A stretch of 64,000 bases of DNA from Halieaceae bacterium (GTDB lineage Bacteria; Pseudomonadota; Gammaproteobacteria; Pseudomonadales; Halieaceae): contig PBLO01000004.1 of assembly GCA_002721785.1 (NCBI GenBank), forward strand, positions 112,452-176,451, given 5' to 3'. Each line of letters opens with the position of its first letter. Within the stretch, counting starts at the first letter, position 1. Shown here piece by piece: positions 1-13,232 of this stretch. A program made the position numbers and the translations under genes. The notes under the pieces were generated by a model. It did no database searches. It saw only the letters and a program-made list of their open reading frames with translations, and was not told the DNA's origin.

Positions 1-154
1 TACCGTTGTACAACGCGAGAAAGTGGACGTGTATTTACGCTATGTCGGCCGGGAACCGTCAGCGTCAGCCGCTGCCGGTTACTCCGCTCTGCATCTGCGT
101 GAGCAGGAAGCATTTATTGATGAAGCACTGGGGCCAATGCCCTGGGGATTTTAG
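1..154 (+). CDS. sucA: 2-oxoglutarate dehydrogenase E1 component, C-terminal fragment (gene starts upstream of window)
   Basis: The reading frame is open from the window edge to TAG at 152-154. The translation ...YLRYVGREPSASAAAGYSALHLREQEAFIDEALGPMPWGF resembles the SucA C-terminus (E. coli ...RYAGRPASASPAVGY...). It lies directly upstream of sucB-lpdA. Confidence 0.8.
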   Translation, partial: TVVQREKVDVYLRYVGREPSASAAAGYSALHLREQEAFIDEALGPMPWGF

Positions 155-169
155 AAAGGGGACGCTGTC

Positions 170-2862
<2,693 letters not shown>

Positions 2863-2935
2863 CAACGAGACACGCGGAAATGATTGCCCGGTCGTTCCCG
2901 CTACTGATGAGTCGGGTGTGTATTAAGGGGTAACT

Positions 2936-4105
2936 ATGAATTTGCACGAGTACCAGGGTAAGGCACTGTTTGCAGACTACGGACTTCCCGTTTCAACTGG
3001 CTTTGCAGTTGATTCCGCGGAGGCCGCGATCAAGGCGGCTCAGGACATTGGCGGAGAGCGCTGGGTTGTGAAAGCCCAGGTGCATGCGGGCGGTCGAGGG
3101 AAGGCCGGGGGCGTCAAGCTTGTCGACAGCCCGGATGCCGTGGGGCAATTTGCCGAGCAGTGGCTGGGCGAGCGTCTGGTGACCTATCAAACAGACGCTT
3201 CCGGGCAGCCTGTGTCACGCATCCTTGTCGAGTCCTGTACCGATATTGCAGACGAGCTCTACCTGGGTGCCGTCGTCGATCGCGCGTCGCGGCGTGTCGT
3301 TTTCATGGCGTCTACTGAGGGAGGCGTTGAAATCGAGAAAGTCGCAGAAGAAACGCCTGAAAAGATTCTCAAGACCGAAATCGATCCGCTTGTCGGGGCG
3401 CAGGCTTTTCAAGGCAGAGATCTTGCTTTCCGCCTTGGCCTGTCAGGCGTCCAGATCAAACAGTTCGTTGCGATTTTTCTCGGCCTGGCAAAACTCTTTG
3501 CGGACAAGGATCTCGCGCTCATCGAGGTGAATCCGCTGGTGATTACCGAAGAGGGCAATCTCCACTGTCTCGACGCAAAGGTCGTTGTGGACTCAAATGC
3601 CTTGTACCGCCAGCCTGAGCTGGAGGCGATGCACGATCCTTCTCAGGAAGACGAGCGCGAGGCACATGCCGCACAGTGGGAGCTGAACTACGTGGCGCTG
3701 GACGGAAGCATCGGCTGTATGGTCAATGGCGCAGGGCTGGCCATGGGCACGATGGATATCGTCAAGCTCCACGGCGGCTCACCGGCGAATTTTCTGGACG
3801 TCGGGGGTGGCGCAACGAAAGAGCGTGTCACCGAAGCGTTTAAAATCATCCTATCCGACGAGAATGTGAAAGCCGTTCTCATCAATATTTTTGGCGGCAT
3901 CGTCCGGTGCGATCTGATTGCAGAGGGCGTGATTGGCGCGGTAGAGGAGGTCGGTGTCACAGTACCCGTCGTCGTCCGCCTGGAGGGTAATAACGCGGCG
4001 CTGGGCCGTGAGGTGCTGGCTGGGAGCGGGCTAAATATCGAGGCAGCGGAGAGCCTGACGGACGCTGCTCAGAAAGTTGTGGCTGCAGCAGGGGGTGTAG
4101 CATGA
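2936..4105 (+). CDS. sucC: succinyl-CoA synthetase subunit beta
   Basis: 389 aa. It starts [12 protein letters not shown], the canonical SucC ATP-grasp N-terminus. Its stop overlaps the sucD start (ATGA). Confidence 0.97.
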   Translation: MNLHEYQGKALFADYGLPVSTGFAVDSAEAAIKAAQDIGGERWVVKAQVHAGGRGKAGGVKLVDSPDAVGQFAEQWLGERLVTYQTDASGQPVSRILVESCTDIADELYLGAVVDRASRRVVFMASTEGGVEIEKVAEETPEKILKTEIDPLVGAQAFQGRDLAFRLGLSGVQIKQFVAIFLGLAKLFADKDLALIEVNPLVITEEGNLHCLDAKVVVDSNALYRQPELEAMHDPSQEDEREAHAAQWELNYVALDGSIGCMVNGAGLAMGTMDIVKLHGGSPANFLDVGGGATKERVTEAFKIILSDENVKAVLINIFGGIVRCDLIAEGVIGAVEEVGVTVPVVVRLEGNNAALGREVLAGSGLNIEAAESLTDAAQKVVAAAGGVA

Positions 4106-4974
4106 GTATCTTGATCAACGCCGAAACCCGCGTGATCTGCCAGGGCTTTACGGGCTCTCAAGGCACATTCCATTCTGAGCAGGCAATTGCCTACGGCACC
4201 CGGATGGTCGGTGGTGTGACACCGGGCAAAGGCGGGCAGACGCACCTCGGCTTGCCGGTATTTAACACGGTTTCAGAAGCGGTCGCTCAAACAGCGGCTA
4301 ATGCCTCGGTGATTTACGTACCCGCGCCGTTTTGCAAAGACTCCATTCTTGAGGCGGCTTACGCGGGTATTGAGCTGATTGTTTGTATTACTGAGGGCGT
4401 ACCGACGCTCGACATGCTGGACGCCAAGGTGAAATGTGACGAGCTGGGTGTGAGGCTCATAGGCCCGAACTGCCCCGGCGTGATTACGCCGGGAGAGTGC
4501 AAAATCGGCATTATGCCCGCGGACATTCATCTGCCGGGCAGAGTGGGTATCGTATCGCGCTCCGGTACGCTGACTTATGAGGCGGTCAAGCAGACCACGG
4601 ATGTGGGGTACGGGCAGTCGACCTGCGTAGGTATCGGTGGTGACCCGATTCCAGGGTCACACTTCATCGATATTTTGGGGCTCTTCGAGGATGACGCTGC
4701 CACAGGAGCCATCGTAATGATTGGCGAGATTGGTGGTACCGCCGAGGAAGAGGCCGCGGAGTTTATCCGCAGCAACGTCTCAAAGCCGGTCGTGTCTTAT
4801 ATTGCAGGCGTGACAGCGCCCAAAGGTAAGCGTATGGGCCACGCGGGTGCCATCATCTCAGGTGGTAAAGGTACTGCGGATGAGAAATTCGCTGCTTTGG
4901 AGGCGGCAGGCGTCCGCACGGTACGCTCGCTGGCCGATATCGGTGCCGCGCTGCAAGAAGTGACCGGCTGGTAG
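4102..4974 (+). CDS. sucD: succinyl-CoA synthetase subunit alpha
   Basis: 290 aa. It has the CoA-binding N-terminus ([14 protein letters not shown]) and the phosphohistidine loop MGHAGAII. Confidence 0.97.
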   Translation: MSILINAETRVICQGFTGSQGTFHSEQAIAYGTRMVGGVTPGKGGQTHLGLPVFNTVSEAVAQTAANASVIYVPAPFCKDSILEAAYAGIELIVCITEGVPTLDMLDAKVKCDELGVRLIGPNCPGVITPGECKIGIMPADIHLPGRVGIVSRSGTLTYEAVKQTTDVGYGQSTCVGIGGDPIPGSHFIDILGLFEDDAATGAIVMIGEIGGTAEEEAAEFIRSNVSKPVVSYIAGVTAPKGKRMGHAGAIISGGKGTADEKFAALEAAGVRTVRSLADIGAALQEVTGW

Positions 4975-4993
4975 GCCTGCAGTGAATCTCGGA

Positions 4994-5019
4994 AAGTCCG
5001 CTCATGCGGGCTTTTTTTT
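4994..5019 (+). terminator. intrinsic (rho-independent) terminator after sucD
   Basis: An 8-bp stem AAGTCCGC/GCGGGCTT (one G-U pair) with a 4-nt loop runs into a tract of 8 T. It starts 20 nt after the sucD stop. Confidence 0.7.
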
Positions 5020-5040
5020 GTCTGTCGTTCCGTCTAGTGC

Positions 5041-5068
5041 CTTGAAAAAAGGCGATTGAGCCCCACAT
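5041..5068 (+). promoter_or_regulatory. sigma-32 (RpoH)-type heat-shock promoter for htpG
   Basis: CTTGAAA (5041-5047), 13 nt, then CCCCACAT (5061-5068). This is close to the sigma-32 consensus CTTGAAA / CCCCATNT. It lies about 30 nt upstream of the htpG ATG. Confidence 0.6.
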
Positions 5069-5099
5069 CACCTTCACTCGCACACCAAGGAACACGGTT

Positions 5100-7013
5100 A
5101 TGACGGCCGACGCCACACAAACGATGGGCTTTCAGACTGAAGCAAAGCGTCTGCTTCAGCTGATGATTCATTCGCTCTACTCCAATCGCGAGATCTTCCT
5201 CCGGGAACTGATCTCGAATGCTTCAGATGCGATTGATAAGCATCGGTTCGCGGTCATCAATGACTCGACCATGGGCGGCGCCAGCGGTGATTATCGAATA
5301 CGTGTCCTCCCGGACGCCGAGAACAACACGATCACAATCGACGATAACGGCATTGGCATGTCACGCGAGGAGGTGATTGAGAACCTCGGCACCATCGCCA
5401 AATCCGGCACCGCGGCTTTTATGGAGCAATTGAGCGGCGATCAAAAAGCAGACAGCCAGTTAATTGGGCAGTTTGGCGTAGGCTTCTATTCCTCATTCAT
5501 TGTCGCTGATCGTGTTGAGGTGCTGACGCGAAGAGCGGGTGATTCCGTAGCAACACATTGGGAATCCGCTGGTGAAGATGAATTCACGGTCAGCGAAGCT
5601 GAGCGGGAAAACCCGGGCACCACCATTATTCTGCATTTGAAATCTGACGCAGAGGAGTTCGCGGACAGCTGGCGTGTCAGGTCGGTAATCAAGAAGTATT
5701 CCGACCATATCTCGGTTCCAGTCATGATGCCTGAGCCGCCAAAGCCGGCTGAAGGCGAGGAATCGGCCGAAAGCAATGAGTCTGAAGAAGTCGAATGGCA
5801 GCCTGTTAACGAGGCGAAGGCACTGTGGACGAGAAGCCGTTCCGATATCAATGATGACGAGTATCAGGCTTTTTATAAGCACATCTCCCACGACTTCGAG
5901 GACGCCCTGACCTGGAGTCACAACGCAGTCGAGGGAAAGTTGGAATACACCTCGTTGCTGTATCTGCCCAAGCGGGCGCCATTTGATTTATGGCATCGAG
6001 AGGGTGCGAGAGGTCTGAAGCTGTATGTGCAGCGCACGTTCATCATGGACGAGGCGGAGCAGTTCCTGCCCATGTACCTGCGATTTGTGAAGGGGGTACT
6101 GGACTCCAGTGATCTGCCGCTGAACGTGTCCCGGGAAATTCTTCAGCAGAATCAGCAGGTTGAATCAATCCGCGGTGCGCTGACGAAGCGTGTGCTCGAT
6201 ATGCTGTCCAAAATGGCCGGCAAGCAGCCGGAGGATTATGAAGCGTTCTGGGACACTTTCGGTGCGGTATTGAAGGAGGGGCCTGCTGAGGATTTCGCCA
6301 ATCGGGAAAAGATTGCCGACCTACTGCGGTTTTCCACTACGCATGACGATGAGCCTCTGCAGCGTCGCTCATTGAAGCAGTATGTTGAGAGCATGCAGGA
6401 CGATCAGCAATCGATTTACTACGTGGTAGCTGAAAATCACGCTACTGCCAAAAACAGTCCTCATATCGAAGCGCTTCGCCGGCGGGGCGTAGAGGTGCTG
6501 CTGCTATCTGATCGTGTTGATGAGTGGCTGATGAGTCACCTGGGCGAGTATGACGGTAAGCCCCTTCGTGACTGCGCGAAGGGAGAGTGGGGAGATGAGG
6601 CCGACAGCGATGACGCGAAAAAAGCGCTCGAAGAAGCCGAAAAAGCGAGCGAATCGTTGATCGAGCGTATGCAGGCCGTGTTGGCCGAGCGTGTGGCGGG
6701 TATTCGACCAACCATTCGCCTGACGACTTCGCCTGCTTGTTTGACCGTAGCGGAACATGAGATGGGAGCCCAGATGCGCCGGATTATGGAGGCCGCGGGG
6801 CAAGAGATGCCCGAGACCAAGCCCACTATGGAAATCAATGTTGAGCACCCTCTACTGAAGCGGCTGGATGAGGAGGCCGACGAGGACCGGTTTGCGGATC
6901 TTGCCCAGATCTTGCTGGATCAGGCAGTGCTGGCCGAGGGGTCGACGCTCGAGGATCCGGCTTCCTATGTTGCGCGACTCAATAAGCTACTGGTGGAGAT
7001 GAGCGGCACATAA
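5100..7013 (+). CDS. htpG: molecular chaperone HtpG (Hsp90)
   Basis: 637 aa. The N-terminus [35 protein letters not shown] is nearly identical to the E. coli HtpG signature. Confidence 0.97.
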   Translation: MTADATQTMGFQTEAKRLLQLMIHSLYSNREIFLRELISNASDAIDKHRFAVINDSTMGGASGDYRIRVLPDAENNTITIDDNGIGMSREEVIENLGTIAKSGTAAFMEQLSGDQKADSQLIGQFGVGFYSSFIVADRVEVLTRRAGDSVATHWESAGEDEFTVSEAERENPGTTIILHLKSDAEEFADSWRVRSVIKKYSDHISVPVMMPEPPKPAEGEESAESNESEEVEWQPVNEAKALWTRSRSDINDDEYQAFYKHISHDFEDALTWSHNAVEGKLEYTSLLYLPKRAPFDLWHREGARGLKLYVQRTFIMDEAEQFLPMYLRFVKGVLDSSDLPLNVSREILQQNQQVESIRGALTKRVLDMLSKMAGKQPEDYEAFWDTFGAVLKEGPAEDFANREKIADLLRFSTTHDDEPLQRRSLKQYVESMQDDQQSIYYVVAENHATAKNSPHIEALRRRGVEVLLLSDRVDEWLMSHLGEYDGKPLRDCAKGEWGDEADSDDAKKALEEAEKASESLIERMQAVLAERVAGIRPTIRLTTSPACLTVAEHEMGAQMRRIMEAAGQEMPETKPTMEINVEHPLLKRLDEEADEDRFADLAQILLDQAVLAEGSTLEDPASYVARLNKLLVEMSGT

Positions 7014-7014
7014 G

Positions 7015-7506
7015 GTGATTTTGACGTTGTGGCGCCATGGCGAGGCCGAGTTGAGCCGCTCGGATAGGCAGCGCGCCCTGAGCCCCCTGGGGCGGGAGCA
7101 TTCGCAGATGATGGCGGGGAGCTACGAGCAATGGCGCTCACGCACTGGTATTGCGCCGGTGGCAGCGGTTTTTTTTAGTCCCTACCGTCGCACCCGAGAG
7201 ACTGCCGAGCTGCTGGCCGACGCCATTCAGCCAGAAAGGCTGGAGGTGCTAGAGGCGCTGGCGCCCGGCGCGCGTCCTGAGAGTTTTACCGAGGAGCAGT
7301 TTGACGCGAATCGACACGTCATTTTGGTGTCTCATCAGCCGTTTGTGTCTCAGGCCATTTCTTATTGGGCCGACGATGCGACGCTAGCGCCGCTGGCCCC
7401 GGGAGGCTATTCCGCCCTTGAGGTCTTGAGTTTGCAGCGCGGTGGTGTCTCCCCCTTACGACACTGTCCTTACCCCAGGGCGGTGATATATGAGGATTCT
7501 GTTTAA
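7015..7506 (+). CDS. sixA: phosphohistidine phosphatase SixA
   Basis: 163 aa. It has the histidine-phosphatase RHG motif at the N-terminus (LWRHGEAE), SPYRRTRETAE, and a later SHQP segment. Length and layout match SixA. The GTG start is 1 nt after the htpG stop. Confidence 0.7.
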   Translation: MILTLWRHGEAELSRSDRQRALSPLGREHSQMMAGSYEQWRSRTGIAPVAAVFFSPYRRTRETAELLADAIQPERLEVLEALAPGARPESFTEEQFDANRHVILVSHQPFVSQAISYWADDATLAPLAPGGYSALEVLSLQRGGVSPLRHCPYPRAVIYEDSV

Positions 7507-8360
7507 TGGTGGCGCCCCGCGAGATAGCGGTATCGGCAGACGGACTGCGCTACGCGGGTCTGGAGTGGGGCAATCCCGAGGGCTATCCGATTTTAGCCCT
7601 GCACGGCTGGCTGGATAACGCGCTGTCGTTCGCCGCGCTGGGTCCGCTGCTGACTGACTATCGCGTGATTGCGTTGGACCTGTCGGGGCAGGGGCTGAGC
7701 GACCATCGGTCGCCCGACGCGACTTACCACATCTGGGATGACGTACCCCAATTATTGTCGATCGTCACGCAGCTTGATCTGCCCGAGCTTGCAATTCTGG
7801 GACACAGCCGCGGTGCGGCGGTCTCGGTACTACTCGCCGCTACATTAGGGCCACGGTGTTCGCATCTTGTGCTTTTGGACGGCGTGCTGCCCTATCCAAC
7901 CGGGGACGAATCTGCGGCGTCGCAGTTTTTGCAGGCCCAAAAAGACCACGAGGCGTTAGCTGGCTATGCGCCCAGGGTATTTCAGAATGACGCGGAGTTT
8001 GTTTCTGCGCGGATTAGACTGGGATTCTCAGAGGAAAGTGCGCGAATGCTGGCGCCACGCGCTATTCGGCGGGTGTCAGACGGATTCGTGCTCAACCATG
8101 ATCCGCGCTTGAACCACGCCTCCGCTATCAAACTGACGCCGGTCATGTGCTCAGCCTTCTATGGAGCGGTAACCGCGCCAACACTCGCTCTGATTGCTGA
8201 GAATGGGCTGCGAGTCAGAGCCGGTTTAGACTCGGCGCTCGCGACTGTCACGGAAATCGCTCAGTGCACCGTGGCACGCGTGCCCGGCTCCCATCACACC
8301 CATATGGAGGAGGGTGCGGCGGAGATCGCCGACCACATCAGGTCGTTTTTAGTGGCTTAG
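7506..8360 (+). CDS. alpha/beta hydrolase fold protein
   Basis: 284 aa. It has HGWLDN (oxyanion region), the nucleophile elbow GHSRGA, and a C-terminal GSHHTHME histidine region. Its start overlaps the sixA stop (TAATG). Confidence 0.75.
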   Translation: MVAPREIAVSADGLRYAGLEWGNPEGYPILALHGWLDNALSFAALGPLLTDYRVIALDLSGQGLSDHRSPDATYHIWDDVPQLLSIVTQLDLPELAILGHSRGAAVSVLLAATLGPRCSHLVLLDGVLPYPTGDESAASQFLQAQKDHEALAGYAPRVFQNDAEFVSARIRLGFSEESARMLAPRAIRRVSDGFVLNHDPRLNHASAIKLTPVMCSAFYGAVTAPTLALIAENGLRVRAGLDSALATVTEIAQCTVARVPGSHHTHMEEGAAEIADHIRSFLVA

Positions 8361-8364
8361 CGGG

Positions 8365-9051
8365 TCAGCTCAAGAATTCGGCACGTGACGCAGGGTCTGT
8401 TTTGAAGACGCCGCCCAGTGACGTTGTGCGTGTGCTGCTGTTGCCGTCTTTCACCCCTCGCGCTTTGACGCAGTAGTGTACCGCTGAAATAGTGACTGCA
8501 ACGTTATCGGTGCCTAGTAGGGTTTGCATCGCTACCAGAACCTGTTGCGTGAGTCGCTCCTGCACTTGGGGTCGCTGGGCAAAAAATCGCACGAGGCGAT
8601 TGATTTTGCTCAGACCAATGACTTTTTCGTTAGGGATGTACGCGACCTTGGCGGATCCGTCGATCGTGACGAAGTGGTGTTCGCAGGTACTGGTCAGATC
8701 GATATCTTCAACGCAGACCATCTCCTCAACGTTCATCTTGTTCTCGATGACAGTGATTTTGGGAAATTGCGAGTAGTCCAGGCCACCGAACACCTCGTCG
8801 ACGTACATTTTCGCGATGCGGTGAGGTGTCTCTTCAAGGCTGTCATCGCGTAGGTCGAGTCCGAGAGCGTTCATGATGTCGCCAAATGCCTCGCGAATGA
8901 CCTCGTACCGCTGGTCGCGATTGAGGCCGTTGTTGATCATTGGCGTCTCGAGTCCCCGCTCAAGCAATGCCCCGCGTACGGCAATCGCCTCATCGGTCAA
9001 CGAACCGGGAAGGGGGGTAGCAATGCTGGGTGCGGCGCGATTGATTGACAT
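8365..9051 (-). CDS. folE: GTP cyclohydrolase I (FolE type 1)
   Basis: The [10 protein letters not shown] zinc/active-site motif is present. I prefer the ATG at 9051 (228 aa, SD GGAGAG 7 nt upstream) over the ORF-track start at 9090, which has a poor SD. Confidence 0.9.
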   Translation of the reverse strand: MSINRAAPSIATPLPGSLTDEAIAVRGALLERGLETPMINNGLNRDQRYEVIREAFGDIMNALGLDLRDDSLEETPHRIAKMYVDEVFGGLDYSQFPKITVIENKMNVEEMVCVEDIDLTSTCEHHFVTIDGSAKVAYIPNEKVIGLSKINRLVRFFAQRPQVQERLTQQVLVAMQTLLGTDNVAVTISAVHYCVKARGVKDGNSSTRTTSLGGVFKTDPASRAEFLS

Positions 9052-9326
9052 GTTCACTTCTCTCCGAGTTTGTGACGAGTCTGCAGACATATTTACTCTG
9101 CCAGTGACGGTTCAGATTGCCCGTGGGTGGCACCGATTGCTTCCAAAGCGGCGTAAAATACCCCTTGGCCAGTGCTACTGGCGTCATCGTCGTGACCTTC
9201 ACGTCGGTCGAGTCCCCGCTCCGGTAGCGAATTTCCGGCGTCGACAGGCCGATCGCTCCAGGTTGAGCACTGAAGCGTCAGCTAGACAGAGTATCATGGA
9301 GTGTCAGAAAAACTAGACAGATTCGC

Positions 9327-10220
9327 ATGGAGACTTTTCGGACAAAACTCGGTCAAGTGGAACGCGCGCTTCTCGATGCGGAGGTTTTTTGTGGGCACGG
9401 GTATCTCTCTGCCCACGATGAGGCGGTGGCATTGCTGTTGGGCGCATCGGGACTGAGTCCGGATCAGGACCAGTCTCTTCTTGACGCGCCATTTCCCCCG
9501 GAAGCGGCAACACAGCTCGATATCTGGGTAGCAGAGCGATGTGTCAGTAGGAAGCCCACAGCCTATATATTGGGTGAGGCATATCTAGGTGGTTACCGCT
9601 TTCTCTGTGATGAGCGGGCCCTTATTCCGCGATCTCCCATCGCTCACTTGATCCTCGAAGAATTAAGCCCATGGTGGAGTGCCGATTGTGGCCCGGGCAC
9701 GATTGTGGAGGTGTGTTGTGGTGGCGGGAACTTGGGCATTGTTGCGGCACAGGTCTTCCAGCATTCCCGTGTATGGTTAGCGGACCTGGATGCATCGGCC
9801 CTATCACTGGCGCGGGACAATGTGGCGTTACACAAACTTGCCGGTCGGGTGGGGTGTTACCGGGGAGATCTCCTCAGTGCAATCGCGCCAGAAAGTGTCG
9901 ATCTGATTATCGCTAATCCCCCCTATGTATCTGTCGCTGAGATGGAGGATTTGCCGCCAGAGTACCGGCATGAGCCTGCAATGGCTCTGGTGTCTGAAGA
10001 GGATGGGACGCAATTGGCCAGGCAATTGCTGCAGCAGGCGGCCACGGCGCTCCGCCCGGACGGATTGATGGTGTTGGAGGTGGGCGAGACGATGTGGGAA
10101 ATGGAGGCACGTTTCCCCAAGGTGCCGTTCCTCTGGCTGGATTTGCCTCAAGGGGGGAGTGGTATCGCGGCCATGCGTGCGCAGGAATTACGGGACTGGA
10201 GTGCCGCAGGCATCTTATAA
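9327..10220 (+). CDS. prmB: 50S ribosomal protein L3 N5-glutamine methyltransferase
   Basis: 297 aa. It has the SAM motif VEVCCGGGNLG and the NPPY catalytic motif. It sits immediately upstream of aroC, as prmB does in E. coli. Confidence 0.8.
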   Translation: METFRTKLGQVERALLDAEVFCGHGYLSAHDEAVALLLGASGLSPDQDQSLLDAPFPPEAATQLDIWVAERCVSRKPTAYILGEAYLGGYRFLCDERALIPRSPIAHLILEELSPWWSADCGPGTIVEVCCGGGNLGIVAAQVFQHSRVWLADLDASALSLARDNVALHKLAGRVGCYRGDLLSAIAPESVDLIIANPPYVSVAEMEDLPPEYRHEPAMALVSEEDGTQLARQLLQQAATALRPDGLMVLEVGETMWEMEARFPKVPFLWLDLPQGGSGIAAMRAQELRDWSAAGIL

Positions 10221-10238
10221 TTGCAGCCGGAGGCGACG

Positions 10239-11345
10239 ATGTCTGGTAATACGTTCGGCAAGTTATTTACGGTGACGACCTTTGGCGAGAGCCACGGGGA
10301 GGCGCTGGGGTGCATCATCGACGGATGCCCTCCTGGCCTCACTTTGTCCGCTGGCGATCTACAGCCAGACCTTAACCGCCGAAAGCCTGGGCAGTCCCGG
10401 TACACGACGCAGCGTCGCGAGGATGACGAGGTCGAGATTCTGTCAGGGGTATTCGACGGCGTGACCACGGGAACGCCGATTGGCATGGTCGTGAGAAATC
10501 AGGACCAAAAGTCGAAAGACTACTCAAAAATCAAATATTTATATCGCCCATCTCATGCGGACTATACCTATGACCGCAAATATGGGCTGCGGGATTACCG
10601 CGGCGGCGGTCGTTCTTCTGCCCGCGAGACAACAATGCGTGTCGCGGCCGGTGCCGTCGCAAAAAAATGGCTATCGGAGCGTTATGGCGTGCAAATCAGA
10701 GGGTACCTGAGTGCACTGGGGCCACTCGTTGCAGCTCAGCATGATTGGGAGCTGGTAGAACAGAACCCGTTTTTCTGTGGTGACGCAGAGCTGATTCCCC
10801 AACTAGAGCGCTACATGCAAGATCTGATCAAGCAGGGTGACTCGGTCGGTGCTCGGATTGATGTGATAGCAGAGAACGTGCCGCCGGGCTGGGGCGAGCC
10901 CGTCTTCGACCGCCTGGACGCGGACATTGCGCATGCCATGATGGGGATCAACGCGGTAAAGGGCGTCGAAATTGGCGATGGCTTTGCTTCCGTCGCGCAA
11001 CTGGGCAGCGAGCACCGCGATTTAATGACGCCGGAGGGCTTCCTGTCGAACCATGCCGGAGGCACTCTGGGTGGCATCTCCTCTGGACAGCCGCTGCGTG
11101 TGAGTCTCGCACTGAAGCCAACCTCAAGCATCCGTCTGCCTGGGAATACAGTCGGCACGGACGGTCAGGCTGCTGAGGTGGTGACCACAGGGCGCCATGA
11201 CCCGTGTGTGGGTATCCGTGCCACGCCGATTGCAGAGGCGATGCTGGCGCTAGTGCTGATGGATCACGCGTTGCGTCAGCGTGGGCAAAACGGTGACGTC
11301 GCGCTGAATACCCCGCCGATTCCGGGTAGCGCGCCGGCGCAATGA
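10239..11345 (+). CDS. aroC: chorismate synthase
   Basis: [20 protein letters not shown] matches the AroC N-terminus. The start is placed at 10239 (SD GGAGG upstream) rather than the ORF-track 10221. Confidence 0.95.
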   Translation: MSGNTFGKLFTVTTFGESHGEALGCIIDGCPPGLTLSAGDLQPDLNRRKPGQSRYTTQRREDDEVEILSGVFDGVTTGTPIGMVVRNQDQKSKDYSKIKYLYRPSHADYTYDRKYGLRDYRGGGRSSARETTMRVAAGAVAKKWLSERYGVQIRGYLSALGPLVAAQHDWELVEQNPFFCGDAELIPQLERYMQDLIKQGDSVGARIDVIAENVPPGWGEPVFDRLDADIAHAMMGINAVKGVEIGDGFASVAQLGSEHRDLMTPEGFLSNHAGGTLGGISSGQPLRVSLALKPTSSIRLPGNTVGTDGQAAEVVTTGRHDPCVGIRATPIAEAMLALVLMDHALRQRGQNGDVALNTPPIPGSAPAQ

Positions 11346-11554
11346 TTCGCCGACAACGATCTCGGACCGTCGTTCTGGCGCTTGCCGCCTGTTTGGCGCT
11401 TTTTTGGGGCGCCGTTGATATCGTCGGCGTCCCCGCACGACAGTTGGGTGTTCAATTAGTGTGGGTCAGCCTCGGTGTGGGCGTTGTCATCGGTACAGCC
11501 GCCGGAGCCGGGTGGTTGCTGAGTCGAAGGCGCAAGATACGGCAGCGGCAGTAG
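11342..11554 (+). CDS. small membrane protein (two predicted TM helices), function unknown
   Basis: 70 aa. Its start overlaps the aroC stop (ATGA), which suggests translational coupling. It has two hydrophobic stretches and a basic tail RRRKIRQRQ. Confidence 0.4.
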   Translation: MIRRQRSRTVVLALAACLALFWGAVDIVGVPARQLGVQLVWVSLGVGVVIGTAAGAGWLLSRRRKIRQRQ

Positions 11555-11636
11555 CGTCGCCTGCTTGCGGCGATTTCGCGATCGTGCTGGGCGCCGCTGT
11601 GTGGTGAGACTCTGTATAAATGAGCTTTGATAGAGG

Positions 11637-12449
11637 GTGAGCAATATGGCAATGAAGCAATGGGCAGTGGCGCTCGTAGCGCTATGTGCGGCGCAGTGGG
11701 TGTCCGCTGATCTGGCGTGGCAAAGTGCGCTCACAGGTGAGCATCGCGCTGCAGAAAATCGCGCCAGGGATGTTTATCGTCATCCGCAGGAGACCTTGGC
11801 GTTTTTTGGCCTCGAGGCGGGGATGACGGTCATGGAGGTCTCGCCCGGTGGCGGTTGGTACACCGAAGTGTTGGCGCCGCTGCTGAAAGACAACGGCACC
11901 TTGATCGCGGCGCACGCCAGCCCGAATGGCGGTAGCTATGCGCGGCGTTCTCTCGGCGGTTTCTTGAAAAAGCTGGGGGAGAACGGTGACGTGTATGGCG
12001 CTGTTGAGGTGGTAGCCCTGCAGCCGCCCATGGCGGTATCCAACGTGACGGCTAATTCCGTTGACCTCGCTCTGGCGTTTAGAAACGTTCACTCATGGCT
12101 GCGCGCTGACCAGGCTGAAATGATGTTTGCGGCGATTGCCGAGACCCTCAAGCCCGGTGGCGTGTTGGGCATCGTGCAGCATCGGGGTGGCAGCGATTTG
12201 TCACTTGAGCAGATGAAAAATACGGCTTACGTAAGCGAAGAAAAAGTCATCGAGCTGGCTGAGTTGGCTGGTTTGGAATTGGACGCGCGAAGCGAGATCA
12301 ATGCGAATCCGCGCGATACAAAAGATCATCCGCGCGGCGTCTGGACTTTGCCCCCGTCGCTCGCTGAAGGCGATAAGGACAGGGATCGTTACCTTGCGAT
12401 CGGCGAGAGTGATCGAATGACGCTCCGCTTTGTGAAGACGGCGGACTGA
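11637..12449 (+). CDS. class I SAM-dependent methyltransferase-like protein with N-terminal signal peptide
   Basis: 270 aa. It has a signal-like N-terminus MKQWAVALVALCAAQWVSA, and VMEVSPGGGWYTE resembles methyltransferase motif I. The start may be the ATG at 11646 or 11652. Confidence 0.7.
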   Translation: MSNMAMKQWAVALVALCAAQWVSADLAWQSALTGEHRAAENRARDVYRHPQETLAFFGLEAGMTVMEVSPGGGWYTEVLAPLLKDNGTLIAAHASPNGGSYARRSLGGFLKKLGENGDVYGAVEVVALQPPMAVSNVTANSVDLALAFRNVHSWLRADQAEMMFAAIAETLKPGGVLGIVQHRGGSDLSLEQMKNTAYVSEEKVIELAELAGLELDARSEINANPRDTKDHPRGVWTLPPSLAEGDKDRDRYLAIGESDRMTLRFVKTAD

Positions 12450-12450
12450 G

Positions 12451-12702
12451 TTGGTGGGTGAAGGCGCGCCTCGGGAGCACATCGATGCAACCGGGCTGAA
12501 GTGCCCAGAGCCCGTCATGCTGTTGCACGCCGCAATGCGTCGGTTGAGCCCGGGTGACGAGCTGACGCTGGACGCGACAGATCCCTCCACGGAGCGTGAT
12601 GTGCCCAACTTTTGCGAGTTTCTTGGGCACTCACTGCTTCTAGCGGAGCACCACGACGGTGTCTTTCACTATCGCATTCAAAAATCCCAGGGTGAAAAGT
12701 GA
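12451..12702 (+). CDS. tusA: sulfurtransferase TusA family protein
   Basis: 83 aa. DATGLKCPEPVM carries the TusA CPxP active-site cysteine motif, and overall similarity to E. coli TusA runs through ...YRIQK. The start codon is uncertain (TTG 12451 or GTG 12454). Confidence 0.75.
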   Translation: MVGEGAPREHIDATGLKCPEPVMLLHAAMRRLSPGDELTLDATDPSTERDVPNFCEFLGHSLLLAEHHDGVFHYRIQKSQGEK

Positions 12703-13232
12703 GTGTCGGCTCCCGCCCCCTTGTGGTATCGCAGCTCGTAGGCCTTTTTAACGCCACCTTTGAGCAGTCTGACCGGACCGTGCTGCAGGGCGGTGCGGAT
12801 GAGCCTTACTACGTGCCGGGTGAGCCCCACCGCATCTTCTTCAGAGAGGATTTTGTCCGGAGCGCGCTGCATGAAGTCGCGCACTGGTGCGTGGCAGGCA
12901 CGTGCAGGCGATCCCTGCCTGATTACGGTTACTGGTATAGCCCTGATGGCCGCGATGCCGGCCAGCAGAAGGCTTTTTTTGCAGTTGAGGCGCGACCCCA
13001 AGCGATAGAGCGGTGTTTCTGCGACGCTATTGGTATCGCGTTTTCTCCCAGCGTCGATAACGTTGGCGCGCAGATCGAGCCCGAACAATTGCGCCGATTT
13101 GAGGCGCGCATTCAAGAGTGGTGTGATCAGTTTGCGCGTACCGGGTTGCCGCCCAGGGCTGACCGGTTTGTGTCAGCGTTGCGAGCAATGAAAGCATTGT
13201 CACGGGACCCGGCGCCGGACGTCGCGGCATGA
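12699..13232 (+). CDS. epmC: elongation factor P hydroxylase
   Basis: 177 aa. It has the ADEPYY...HRIFF...ALHEVAHWC pattern typical of EpmC/YfcM. Synteny with prmB-aroC matches E. coli. The GTGA overlaps the tusA stop. Confidence 0.7.
   Translation: MSVGSRPLVVSQLVGLFNATFEQSDRTVLQGGADEPYYVPGEPHRIFFREDFVRSALHEVAHWCVAGTCRRSLPDYGYWYSPDGRDAGQQKAFFAVEARPQAIERCFCDAIGIAFSPSVDNVGAQIEPEQLRRFEARIQEWCDQFARTGLPPRADRFVSALRAMKALSRDPAPDVAA

Noticed and set aside
9052-9326. Possible folate (THF-type) riboswitch in the long folE leader.
   Set aside because: I could not recognise the conserved pseudoknotted THF-I or the hairpin THF-II (folE motif) consensus by eye. A covariance-model scan (Rfam THF, folE) would be needed, and only a significant hit would revive the idea.
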